A DNA stretch of 64,000 nucleotides from Dehalococcoidia bacterium (GCA_963667325.2 CAXXKY010000006.1:49666-113665); one strand, 5' to 3'. Positions 55,372 through 63,648 are shown, counted from the first letter of the stretch. The notes: generated by a model not told the origin, from the sequence alone. Program-made: numbers and translations.

Positions 55372-56348
55372 GAGTTCTTTCGAAGTCCGTCAGCATAACG
55401 CCGCATCTCATCTCGGGTGGCCTCGTGGAATCCCGTTAATCCACCCTTCACTTGCCCCCGCTCCGTAACCTCTATTTCCGTGGCGGAGCATTCGCCCTTC
55501 TCGTCCTTCAGGAAAGAGTAAATCGCCAAGTCGTCCGTCGTCAGAGTCCCTTCTGCCACCATAGTCAGCAACCGACCCGCCACGTATTCGCTATGCGTGG
55601 TCATGATGATCTGCTTGTCTTCGGCCTTCGCCATATCCGCCATCACTTCCGCCAAATCCGCCTGCGCCTTCGGATGCAGGTGAATCTCTGGCTCCTCAAT
55701 CAGCACCGTCGCGCCTTTCTCGGCTATAATCAGTTGGTGGAGGAGCTGAATCAAGGAGTTTGTACCAAACCCCTCTCCCAATATATTCACCTCCCTTTCT
55801 TTAATTTTCGATTTCACCTCAACTTTTCGTCCCCGAACTGGATCAGCTATCAGCCCCACGCCGGTCACCTTTACCATCATCTTCGATAATTTATCGGCCT
55901 CCTTGTTCCGATAAACTAGGTTGGTCGCAAGCTGCGCCTCTTGAGCATCGAACCCTTCCCCCAGAGAAAGGTAATCAGCGTCTCGATCCCCTAGATCGTA
56001 ATTTGGCTGAATTAGCCCCCTAACGGCTGGAACAAACCTCAATTCGTCGAATGCCTGTCGTATTTCCTCATTATCTTGCCGCCCGCTGACCTTGACGCTG
56101 AGTGAGAACCCAGAAGATTCTTGCATGAAATTTGGAGCGATTTCGGTCTCCCCAATTAGATCAACGAATTCACCCTGGTAGACGAGGCGATTCCTAGGCT
56201 GTACCAAGGTTTGCTTCCACATGAGCAAGCCCTGCAGCACGCTCGACTTCCCCGTACCGTTAGGGCCGATCAGCACCGTCAGCAGCTTCGGATCAATGCT
56301 GACCTGACGAAAGCACTTGAAGTTCCCCAGCGTGATATTCGTAATCAT
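55368..56348 (-). CDS. ABC-type ATPase of the AAA_21/OLD-like class (defence-associated architecture)
   Basis: 326-aa ORF with NFKCF...LTVLIGPNGTGKSS (Walker A), GEGFGTNSLIQLL (signature-like), TVLIEEPEIHLHP (Walker B) and IMTTHS (H-loop). It has no transmembrane or transporter partner. Confidence 0.75.
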   Translation of the reverse strand: MITNITLGNFKCFRQVSIDPKLLTVLIGPNGTGKSSVLQGLLMWKQTLVQPRNRLVYQGEFVDLIGETEIAPNFMQESSGFSLSVKVSGRQDNEEIRQAFDELRFVPAVRGLIQPNYDLGDRDADYLSLGEGFDAQEAQLATNLVYRNKEADKLSKMMVKVTGVGLIADPVRGRKVEVKSKIKEREVNILGEGFGTNSLIQLLHQLIIAEKGATVLIEEPEIHLHPKAQADLAEVMADMAKAEDKQIIMTTHSEYVAGRLLTMVAEGTLTTDDLAIYSFLKDEKGECSATEIEVTERGQVKGGLTGFHEATRDEMRRYADGLRKNS

Positions 56349-56568
56349 AGCGGCGCCCTCCCACAGTCCATTGTATCAGCCCTGCCTGTGGCCTCCGTTG
56401 CATCAGCCAGCCCCGCAGCGTGATCGCAGCCTTGGGGCCACCGCACCATTTCGCTGACATTCGCCCCTTGCCAGCCCCTGTGGCGCCTCACTAACCTGAT
56501 TCTAGCGGCGGGTGCCAGACACAAACCTCTCTGCCCTTCCTGCAGGTTCGCCTCGATCCCATAATCTC

Positions 56569-56626
56569 GGGATGGCAGGAAATGAGCGGAAATAGGCGGA
56601 AAACAAAAATTTGCCCTCGCGAACCG
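56569..56626. repeat. ~58-bp direct repeat, copy 1 (GGAAAT-rich)
   Basis: GGGATGGCAGGAAATGAGCGGAAATAGGCGGAAAACAAAAATTTGCCCTCGCGAACCG. Confidence 0.75.
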
Positions 56627-56695
56627 TGCAAGTCGGCCCACCAAACCCGCCATCTATATGGATCAACCCAGACCCAGCCACAGGCTCTGAATCGC

Positions 56696-56757
56696 AGGAA
56701 TGACAGGAAATGCGCGGAAATAACAGGAAAATAAATTTTCCCCTGCCAAGCGAGCCG
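56696..56757. repeat. ~60-bp direct repeat, copy 2 (GGAAAT-rich)
   Basis: AGGAATGACAGGAAATGCGCGGAAATAACAGGAAAATAAATTTTCCCCTGCCAAGCGAGCCG. On the minus strand it contains a GGAAAA-ttta-TTTTCC hairpin. Confidence 0.75.
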
Positions 56758-56782
56758 AGAGCGGAGGCTCAACCCCGTGAGA

Positions 56783-56920
56783 TCAGGATGCCATCGCCCC
56801 GTCGGCAAGCACCGGCTCCGTGCGCACCACCGCCCCGTCCGTGAGCACTACCCCGTCGGCGCAATACGCCTCGATGCGCCCCTCGTTGAACTGCTCGGCA
56901 TACAGCCGAGTATAGATCCC
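56783..56920 (-). other. In-frame continuation of the ABC exporter ORF beyond TGA 56921-56923 (45 codons + TGA)
   Basis: Translation is GIYTRLYAEQFNEGRIEAYCADGVVLTDGAVVRTEPVLADGAMAS*. It aligns with the paralogue tail GLYARLYREQYGGGLIEAYCEDGVVYSDGRIVSVGG... Confidence 0.7.
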
Positions 56921-58729
56921 TCAACGCCCCAGCAGTTCCTCGTGTGTCCCGTAATCGTTGATCCGCCCAGCGTTGATAACGAAGATGATGTCCGCCGCCA
57001 GTATCGTCGACAGCCGGTGCGCGATGACCAGCGTCGTCCGACCCTCCACCAGCGGCTTCAGCGCCGACTGCAGCCGCCGTTCGCTACCCATGTCCAGCGC
57101 CGAGGTGGCCTCGTCCAGGATCAGAATGCGAGGCTCGTGCAGCAGCGTCCTGGCAATCGACAGCCGCTGCCTCTCTCCGATGGACAGCCCGAACCCACGT
57201 TCGCCCACCACCGTGGCGTAACCGTCCGGCAACTCCATGATGCGGTCGTGGATGTACGCCGCCTTCGCTGCCGCCACCATCTCCTCTTCCGTCGCATCGG
57301 GCCGGGCGTACCGCAGGTTCTCCTCGATGCTGGTCTGCAACAGGTAGCTCTCCTGCGTGACAAACCCCACCGTCGAGGCCAGATCCGCCAATCGGATGCG
57401 CCGAACGTCGATGCCGTCGATCGACACGGCTCCTTCGGTGGCGTCGTACAGTCGGGGGACCAAAGCCGCGATGGAGGTCTTCCCCGCGCCGCTCGGCCCC
57501 ACGAACGCCGCCAGCTGCCCTGGCTCGATCCGGAACGACACGCCGTCCAGCGTCCACTGACGCGCGTCATCCCCATCGCCGGAAGGCGTATCTCCCCCGT
57601 AACCTCCCTGCCTCCTGACCCGCACCGCGTCGAAAATGACCTCGCCTTCCACAGTTTCCCGGTCAAGAGGCACGGCGTCGGGAGCGTCCGTGATCTCCTG
57701 CTCCAGGTCCAGGTATCCGAAGATGCGCTCGAACAGCGCCACCGACGCTTGCAGGTCCACCGAAACCTGCAGCAGCCGCTCCACAGGCCGGTACAGCTGT
57801 GCCTGCAGAGCTGTGAACGCGATGATAGTACCCGCAGTGGCCGCTCCGGCGCCGCCCGTGTATATCAGGTACCCGGCCAGCAGGTACACCAGTGCCGGCG
57901 ACAGCGTCAGGAAGGCGTTGGCCGCAGTGTAGAAGCTCTGGGCCAGCATCTGCTGCCGCACCGCGAACCGCGAAAGCTCCTCGTTGTGCCGCCGGAAGTG
58001 ATGCAACTCGGCGTGCTGCCTCCCGAACAGCTTCGCCAGCAGTATTCCGGACAGCGACAGTGTCTCCTCCGTCACCGCGGTCACCTGTGCCATGGAAGCC
58101 TGCGTACCGGCCATCAGTTCCCGCCGCTTGCGCCCGACCAACCTGGTCAGCAGGAAGAACACCGGCAGCGCCGCCATCGCCACCACCGTGAACTGCCACG
58201 AGAGCAGCAGCATCGCAACCACGACTGCGATGAGGGCGGCGAAGCTGGCCACAGAATCGGCGAAGGTGTTGGTCACCACCGGCTCGATGCCGTTGATGTC
58301 GTGCGAAACCCGCGACTGCATTTCCCCAGTCCGAGTCCGCGCCAGGAAGTTGACCGACATTCCCAGCAGGTGGTCGTAGACCGCCTCCTGCAGGTCTCCC
58401 GTCACGTCCTGCCCCACCCTGCTCGTAAGGTAGGACTGGGCGATGCTCAGAACCCCGCCGGCCACGGCGATCGCCGCCATCACCCCAGCCAGGACCCACA
58501 GCAGCATCAGGTTCAGCCCGCCTTCCGGTGGGAAGAGAGCGGCGTCGAACACTTCCTTGATCAGGACAGGGTTCGCAACGCCCAGAATGGCGTTGACAAT
58601 GATCAGCAGCCCCACCACGGCAACAGGCAGCCTGTACGGACCAAACAGACCGACAATCCTTCGCGCCACGCCCAGATGGCGGCCACTGTCCAGTTGCCGG
58701 TGATGATGAGGTTGCGGTGATTCCGCCAT
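56921..58729 (-). CDS. ABC exporter, fused permease/ATP-binding subunit (heterodimer partner 2); ends at an internal-looking TGA
   Basis: 602-aa ORF with a six-TM N-half, then GPSGAGKTS, LSIGERQRLSIARTL, ILILDEATSALD and IAHRLST. Confidence 0.85.
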   Translation of the reverse strand: MAESPQPHHHRQLDSGRHLGVARRIVGLFGPYRLPVAVVGLLIIVNAILGVANPVLIKEVFDAALFPPEGGLNLMLLWVLAGVMAAIAVAGGVLSIAQSYLTSRVGQDVTGDLQEAVYDHLLGMSVNFLARTRTGEMQSRVSHDINGIEPVVTNTFADSVASFAALIAVVVAMLLLSWQFTVVAMAALPVFFLLTRLVGRKRRELMAGTQASMAQVTAVTEETLSLSGILLAKLFGRQHAELHHFRRHNEELSRFAVRQQMLAQSFYTAANAFLTLSPALVYLLAGYLIYTGGAGAATAGTIIAFTALQAQLYRPVERLLQVSVDLQASVALFERIFGYLDLEQEITDAPDAVPLDRETVEGEVIFDAVRVRRQGGYGGDTPSGDGDDARQWTLDGVSFRIEPGQLAAFVGPSGAGKTSIAALVPRLYDATEGAVSIDGIDVRRIRLADLASTVGFVTQESYLLQTSIEENLRYARPDATEEEMVAAAKAAYIHDRIMELPDGYATVVGERGFGLSIGERQRLSIARTLLHEPRILILDEATSALDMGSERRLQSALKPLVEGRTTLVIAHRLSTILAADIIFVINAGRINDYGTHEELLGR

Positions 58730-58759
58730 CGTCAGTCCTTTCAGTGCATGGGACTGCTA

Positions 58760-60745
58760 TCAGCGGGACACGCCGGAAGGCGCCGGTTCCCGGCCACCAA
58801 CGGAAACAATACGCCCGTCGCTGTACACCACCCCGTCTTCGCAGTAGGCCTCGATCAGCCCGCCGCCGTACTGCTCCCTGTACAGCCGAGCGTACAGCCC
58901 CTCGTACGACAGCAGCTCATCATGGCTTCCATGCTCCACGATCTTGCCCTTGTCCAGCACGTATATAACGTCGGCCAACAAGATCGTCGACAGCCGGTGC
59001 GCCACCACCATCGTCGTTCGGCCGTGCATCAGCGGCACCAGCGCCGATTGAACGTACCTCTCACTCTCCGTGTCGAGGGACGAGGTCGCCTCGTCCAGAA
59101 TCAGGATTCGAGGCTGATGGAGTATGACCCGTGCGATCGCCAGCCTCTGCCTCTCGCCTCCGGAAAGCCGGAACCCCCGCTCGCCTACTATGGTGTTGTA
59201 GCCCTCCGGCAGTTCCATGATCCGCTCGTGGATGTGAGCTGCCTTGGCCGCCTCCACCAGCTCGAAGCAGGAGGCGTCGGGCTTGGCGTACAGCAAATTC
59301 CTCTCCATGCTGGCGTGGAACAGGTAGCTCTCTTGCGTAACATAGCCGATGCTCTCCGACAGATCCTCAAGCCGTATCTCCCGCACGTCGATGTCGTCTA
59401 TCCGCACTGCGCCTTCCGTTACGTCGTACAGGCGCGGCACCAGGGAGGCGATCGTAGTCTTGCCCGCTCCGCTTGGCCCCACGAATGCCGCCATCTGTCC
59501 CGCTGGAATGTTGAGGCTCACACCGTCCAACGCCCACTCCCGGTCTCCTTCCTGGACGTCTTCTCCTTCGTCTTCAACATCGCCGCCCGAACCGCGACGA
59601 TAGTTCACCCGCACCGAGTCGAAGGTGACCTGTCCCTTCACCCTGTCCGCTGGCAATGGCCGGGCATCGGGCGAGTCAACTATCTCCTGCTTCATATCCA
59701 GATAACCGAAGATGCGCTCGAACATCGCCAGTGACGACTGAAGCTCCACCGAAACCTGCAACAGACGTCCTACCGGGAAGTACAGGCGGTTCTGCAGCAC
59801 GGTGAAGGCGACAACCGTTCCGGCGGTGATAACCGCGGGTCCGCCTCCCGCAATGATGTACCCCGCCAGCAGGTAGATGGCCACCGGGCTTGCCGACAGG
59901 AACGCCATCACCACCGCAAAGAACGCATGGCCGATCATCTGCTGCCTTACCGTCAGGTCCGACAACTCCTGATTGTGCCTGCGGAAGTTCTCCATCTCCG
60001 CATGCTGCCGCCCGAACAGCTTGGCCAGCATGATTCCGGAGACCGATAGCGTTTCCTGGGTAATGACCGTCATTTCGGCCATGGACTTCTGGGTCTGCGA
60101 GGTGATCTCCCTCCTCTTGCGTCCCACCCATTGGGCCAGGAAGAAGTAGATGGGCACCGTGGCCACTGCCACCAGGGTCAACTGCCACGACAGGAACAAC
60201 ATCGCGCCGAGGGTGCTGGCCAGGATGGCGATGTTGGCTATGGTGTCGCTCAGGGTCGTGGTCACCACCTGCTGGATACCGCCGACGTCGTTGGAAACCC
60301 GCGACTGGATTTCGCCCGTGCGCGTGCCGGTGAAGAACCTCAGCGACATCCCTTGCAGGTGTGCGTACACCGAATCCCGCAGGTCTCGCATCACGTACTG
60401 CCCGACCTTGTTGGTCAGGTATGTCTGGACAATGCCCATTGCGGCGTTGGCTGCCGCAATTCCGATCATCACGCCGCCGATGATCCAGAGCAACCTGATA
60501 TTCGGGCCGCTGTCCGACGATATTCCCAGCCCGTCGTCGAACACCACCTGGATGAGCATCGGGTTTACTACACCCACCACCGAAGTCACCAGGATGAGGA
60601 GCACGACCACGGACACCCGGTAGCGGTAGGGAAGGAAGAGCCGCACCACCCGCGGCACCAGGTTCCCCTCGGCATCCGGCACAGGCACAGGCGAGGGCGC
60701 TGCGCCCCCTGCTTCCTGTCCGCTGTGTGAACGTGGATTCGCCAT
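58760..60745 (-). CDS. ABC exporter, fused permease/ATP-binding subunit (heterodimer partner 1)
   Basis: 661-aa ORF with GPSGAGKTT, LSGGERQRLAIARV, ILILDEATSSLD and VAHRLST. It lies 30 nt upstream of its partner. Confidence 0.88.
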   Translation of the reverse strand: MANPRSHSGQEAGGAAPSPVPVPDAEGNLVPRVVRLFLPYRYRVSVVVLLILVTSVVGVVNPMLIQVVFDDGLGISSDSGPNIRLLWIIGGVMIGIAAANAAMGIVQTYLTNKVGQYVMRDLRDSVYAHLQGMSLRFFTGTRTGEIQSRVSNDVGGIQQVVTTTLSDTIANIAILASTLGAMLFLSWQLTLVAVATVPIYFFLAQWVGRKRREITSQTQKSMAEMTVITQETLSVSGIMLAKLFGRQHAEMENFRRHNQELSDLTVRQQMIGHAFFAVVMAFLSASPVAIYLLAGYIIAGGGPAVITAGTVVAFTVLQNRLYFPVGRLLQVSVELQSSLAMFERIFGYLDMKQEIVDSPDARPLPADRVKGQVTFDSVRVNYRRGSGGDVEDEGEDVQEGDREWALDGVSLNIPAGQMAAFVGPSGAGKTTIASLVPRLYDVTEGAVRIDDIDVREIRLEDLSESIGYVTQESYLFHASMERNLLYAKPDASCFELVEAAKAAHIHERIMELPEGYNTIVGERGFRLSGGERQRLAIARVILHQPRILILDEATSSLDTESERYVQSALVPLMHGRTTMVVAHRLSTILLADVIYVLDKGKIVEHGSHDELLSYEGLYARLYREQYGGGLIEAYCEDGVVYSDGRIVSVGGREPAPSGVSR

Positions 60746-60874
60746 CTGAAAGGTTCTGCCTGTCGCTTTGCGTTCGATTCCGGTTTTTCTGACCGTAGCT
60801 CTGGTTGTTTGAGCACCATTCTATATCAATTGCCTACAGGGTTCGTCAGCAAAATATGAGAATTTCATAATCAT

Positions 60875-60888
60875 ACAATCATGATTGT
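60875..60888. promoter_or_regulatory. 14-bp perfect palindrome ACAATCATGATTGT upstream of the ABC exporter operon (operator candidate)
   Basis: Direct reading. It lies in an AT-rich spacer about 130 nt upstream of the start at 60745, next to a minus-strand TATGAT. Confidence 0.35.
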
Positions 60889-60981
60889 CAGTAATCTTGA
60901 ATTTGCTCCCAAACAACGTGCCGAATTCGTCGCATCGGAAGACTATCAGGTTGCGGAAATTCTGACGAATCGCTGCCTTGA

Positions 60982-61016
60982 TGAAACAGAAAGCCCCTCT
61001 CCGCTGAGGGAGAGGG
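60982..61016 (-). terminator. Hairpin terminator candidate after LLM gene 61046-62176
   Basis: Minus strand reads CCCTCTCC-ctcagc-GGAGAGGG followed by GCTTTCTGTTTCA. Confidence 0.5.
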
Positions 61017-61045
61017 ACTCAACGAAGCTTGATTGGGGCTGCTGC

Positions 61046-62176
61046 CTACCAGTCCTTGATGATTGGCAGCACCTCCTTGCCAAACAGCCCGATATTCGAC
61101 ATCGTGGCGTCGTGGGACATCTTGGACTCTTGCCCGTACATGATCAGGTGGTCCATTCCCAGTCGCGTGTGGATGTACTCCAGCTTTTCCAGCACCTGGT
61201 CCGGCGTGCCGCAGACGATGTGGTAGTTCTCCTTCAGTTCCTCGTAGGTCTGGTTCGCCAGCGGCTTGATCGTGCGTCGCGCGGCGATGGACGCGCTGGC
61301 CTGCGACCGGTAGCCCACCGGGTTCATGTACTCCCGAGGCGCCCGCGTCGTGGCTCCCATTCGCCAGACGAAATGCTTGGCCTCCTCGTTGGCCTTCTCC
61401 TCGGTCTCCGCCACGTAGCAGCACAACAGGTAGCCGAAGTTGTCGGGCGTCGTCTCCCGTCCCTCCTCGGCGGCGGCCTCCCGGTACATCCCGAACAGCT
61501 CCTCGGTCACTTCCACATCCGTCAGGAAGGCGACGTACGTGTATCCATGCCGTCCGGCCCACTGCGCCGTCTCCGGGCTGGAGGTGCCGGGCACCCACAC
61601 CGGCGGATGCGGCTTCTGGATCGGCACCATCCACGGGTTGACCGCCCGGTAGTTGTAGTGCTTGCCCTCCCAGCGAAACGGCCCCGGCGTGCTCCAGGTC
61701 TTGATCAGCAGGTCGTGGCACTCCTCGAACCGTTCCCGGTTCTCCACCGGATTCATGTTGGTCGAGACCGTCTCCACGCCGGTGCCCCGGACCATTCCGG
61801 AGATGACCCGCCCGCCGGAGATCACGTCGATCATCGCGATCTCTTCCGCCAGCCGCACCGGGTTCTCATGGATGGGCAGAATGTTCCCCAGCAGCAGTAT
61901 CTTGGCGTTCTGCGTGGTGCGGGCCAGCACTGCCGCCGTCAGGTTGCACGACGCGTTCATGCACGACGGCGTGCTGTGGTGCTCGTTCACCATGATCCCG
62001 TCGTAGCCCAGCTCGTCCACGTACTGGCACTCGTCGAAGTACCGCTTGAAGAGCTGATTGGCCGTCGGCGGATCGAAGTTGCTGTTGGGGAAGGTGAGCC
62101 GTATCGACGGGTACTTGAGGCTCTCCTCATCAGAATACTCGTGATACGGAAACTCGCTGAAGTAGTAGACCTTCAT
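61046..62176 (-). CDS. LLM-class flavin-dependent monooxygenase/oxidoreductase
   Basis: 376-aa ORF with LGYDGIMVNEHHSTP, LGNILPIHENPVRLAEEIAMIDVISGGR and PHPPVWVPG. Confidence 0.85.
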   Translation of the reverse strand: MKVYYFSEFPYHEYSDEESLKYPSIRLTFPNSNFDPPTANQLFKRYFDECQYVDELGYDGIMVNEHHSTPSCMNASCNLTAAVLARTTQNAKILLLGNILPIHENPVRLAEEIAMIDVISGGRVISGMVRGTGVETVSTNMNPVENRERFEECHDLLIKTWSTPGPFRWEGKHYNYRAVNPWMVPIQKPHPPVWVPGTSSPETAQWAGRHGYTYVAFLTDVEVTEELFGMYREAAAEEGRETTPDNFGYLLCCYVAETEEKANEEAKHFVWRMGATTRAPREYMNPVGYRSQASASIAARRTIKPLANQTYEELKENYHIVCGTPDQVLEKLEYIHTRLGMDHLIMYGQESKMSHDATMSNIGLFGKEVLPIIKDW

Positions 62177-62261
62177 GGGGGTGTGTGCTCCTTTAGGTGT
62201 CGGAGGTTGTCATGGGCGTCCGTCAATCTGCGGACAGGATACCACGGCGGTTAAACCGAGA

Positions 62262-63194
62262 TCATTCGAGCTGAACCAGCACCTCTCCGGGGCTAACGCC
62301 GAAGTGCGCCAAGAGTTTACGGCTATGTCTGATTATGTTGCCAGCATTCCAGTTTACGTTGAGGTAGAGCCCGCCCGAAATCGCTTTGTAGTGGCGGAAT
62401 GCCGCTCCGCTGGGGCCATTGGGAGATGAATTGATAATGCCAAGTCCTACAATTGGACACTTGTCCGCCGTTATTGCGCCATCCTTGGCAAGCACCTCCG
62501 CTGCTTCAATCAAAATCTGCCGCCAGGAGCTGATGTGTAGCGGTTCCCTTCCGGGAAACTTGATTCCCTTGGGAGGGGTCTTGCCCTTTCCTGCTTCAAC
62601 CTTGTCAAGGGAAACCCAAATGCCTTTGCCAGCAGAGTCGTCCTGTATAGCTGACCCCGAAGTGACAACGTTAGTTGAATCGACTGTTAAAGGATTTGCT
62701 GTCACCGGTTGCCCGGATGCAAGGTTGGGCCGCCAGAGCAGAAGGAGCTTGAGGGCGGTTTCGTTCACTGGAGTATCGAGGATGGATACGTTTAATATGC
62801 GCCTATCCTCCAGTTGCCCGCGCTTGAAGACTTCGTATAGTTCCCACTTGTCTCCGTCGGTTAGACCCGCATATTCGACGCCCGATGCATTGGAGTAGTT
62901 GAGCATCTGCATCCGGTGCGATGCCAATTGCTCTCCCAGCTTCTTGGCTTCTATCGTGGCTGCCGGGTTTCCGTCTTCTTGGAGCAAGGCGTAATCGGCT
63001 TTTCGACCGCTAACGTCGAACTCAGGGAGTACAGACGCCGGATCGGATGTGTCCCAACCAAGAGCTTGCAATAACGGGTCAATCAGCGCCATGCGGGTGC
63101 GCGTTTCGTTTTCTCGCAAAGCTGGTCCGTGAGTGGCGATCCGGGTCTTGATCGCTTCGATGGTTCCAACTAACGGCTCTAACAGATCCGCCAT
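62262..63194 (-). CDS. Stand-alone type I restriction enzyme HsdR N-terminal-like (PD-(D/E)xK) domain protein with unknown C-terminal domain
   Basis: 310-aa ORF. NETRTRMALIDPLLQALGWD...GRKADYALL...IEAKKLG...QMLNYSNASGVEYAGLTDGDKWELY matches the HSDR_N-type D...E-x-K layout. GC is lower than the flanks. Confidence 0.55.
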   Translation of the reverse strand: MADLLEPLVGTIEAIKTRIATHGPALRENETRTRMALIDPLLQALGWDTSDPASVLPEFDVSGRKADYALLQEDGNPAATIEAKKLGEQLASHRMQMLNYSNASGVEYAGLTDGDKWELYEVFKRGQLEDRRILNVSILDTPVNETALKLLLLWRPNLASGQPVTANPLTVDSTNVVTSGSAIQDDSAGKGIWVSLDKVEAGKGKTPPKGIKFPGREPLHISSWRQILIEAAEVLAKDGAITADKCPIVGLGIINSSPNGPSGAAFRHYKAISGGLYLNVNWNAGNIIRHSRKLLAHFGVSPGEVLVQLE

Positions 63195-63210
63195 TCAGGC
63201 CTCCATATCA

Positions 63211-63645
63211 CTACGCCGCCAGATCCTCTACAACCAAGCGACACCCTACGGCGTTCAGCGCTTTATTGAGGTGTCCCATTGGAGTGAGGCTATCGACGTC
63301 CAGCAGTTTGTTGGCCGCGGGTCCGCTGATGCCCAAACGTCCGGCCAGTTCCTCTCTGGTGATCTCCAGCCGCCGCATTGTTGAGTACAGGGCCAGCTTG
63401 ATAGCGACCATCGGAGGCACGATTATCAGCTCTTGGCCACTGTCCGCCGAGCTGGGTATTGGGAGGTCTTCGTCGCAATTCATGTACGCTCCCAACGCGG
63501 CAACCAAGCAATCCTCAGCCAAAAAGAGGGCGTCTTGATAGATGTCGCCTCCGGTATTGGCACCATATACGTCCGGAAAAATTACTGTGAACCCTTCTCC
63601 ATGATCTTCGCTTCCGATGATTTCGCAAGGCCAAGCACATTGCAT
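63211..63645 (-). CDS. hicB: HicB-family antitoxin (N-terminal HicB fold + C-terminal HTH)
   Basis: 144-aa ORF with FTVIFPDVYGANTGGDIYQDALFLAEDCLVAAL, then the HTH-like LEITREELAGRLGISGPAANKLL. It lies 3 nt downstream of hicA. Confidence 0.7.
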   Translation of the reverse strand: MQCAWPCEIIGSEDHGEGFTVIFPDVYGANTGGDIYQDALFLAEDCLVAALGAYMNCDEDLPIPSSADSGQELIIVPPMVAIKLALYSTMRRLEITREELAGRLGISGPAANKLLDVDSLTPMGHLNKALNAVGCRLVVEDLAA

Positions 63646-63648
63646 AGT

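Noticed and set aside
56345-56808. Two minus-strand ORFs (102 and 105 aa) spanning the GGAAAT-rich repeats, which share the peptide FP(P/V)ISAHFL.
   Set aside because: The shared peptide is simply the translation of the DNA direct repeat. The frames differ, no RBS is present, and the ORFs overlap the ATPase start and the exporter tail.
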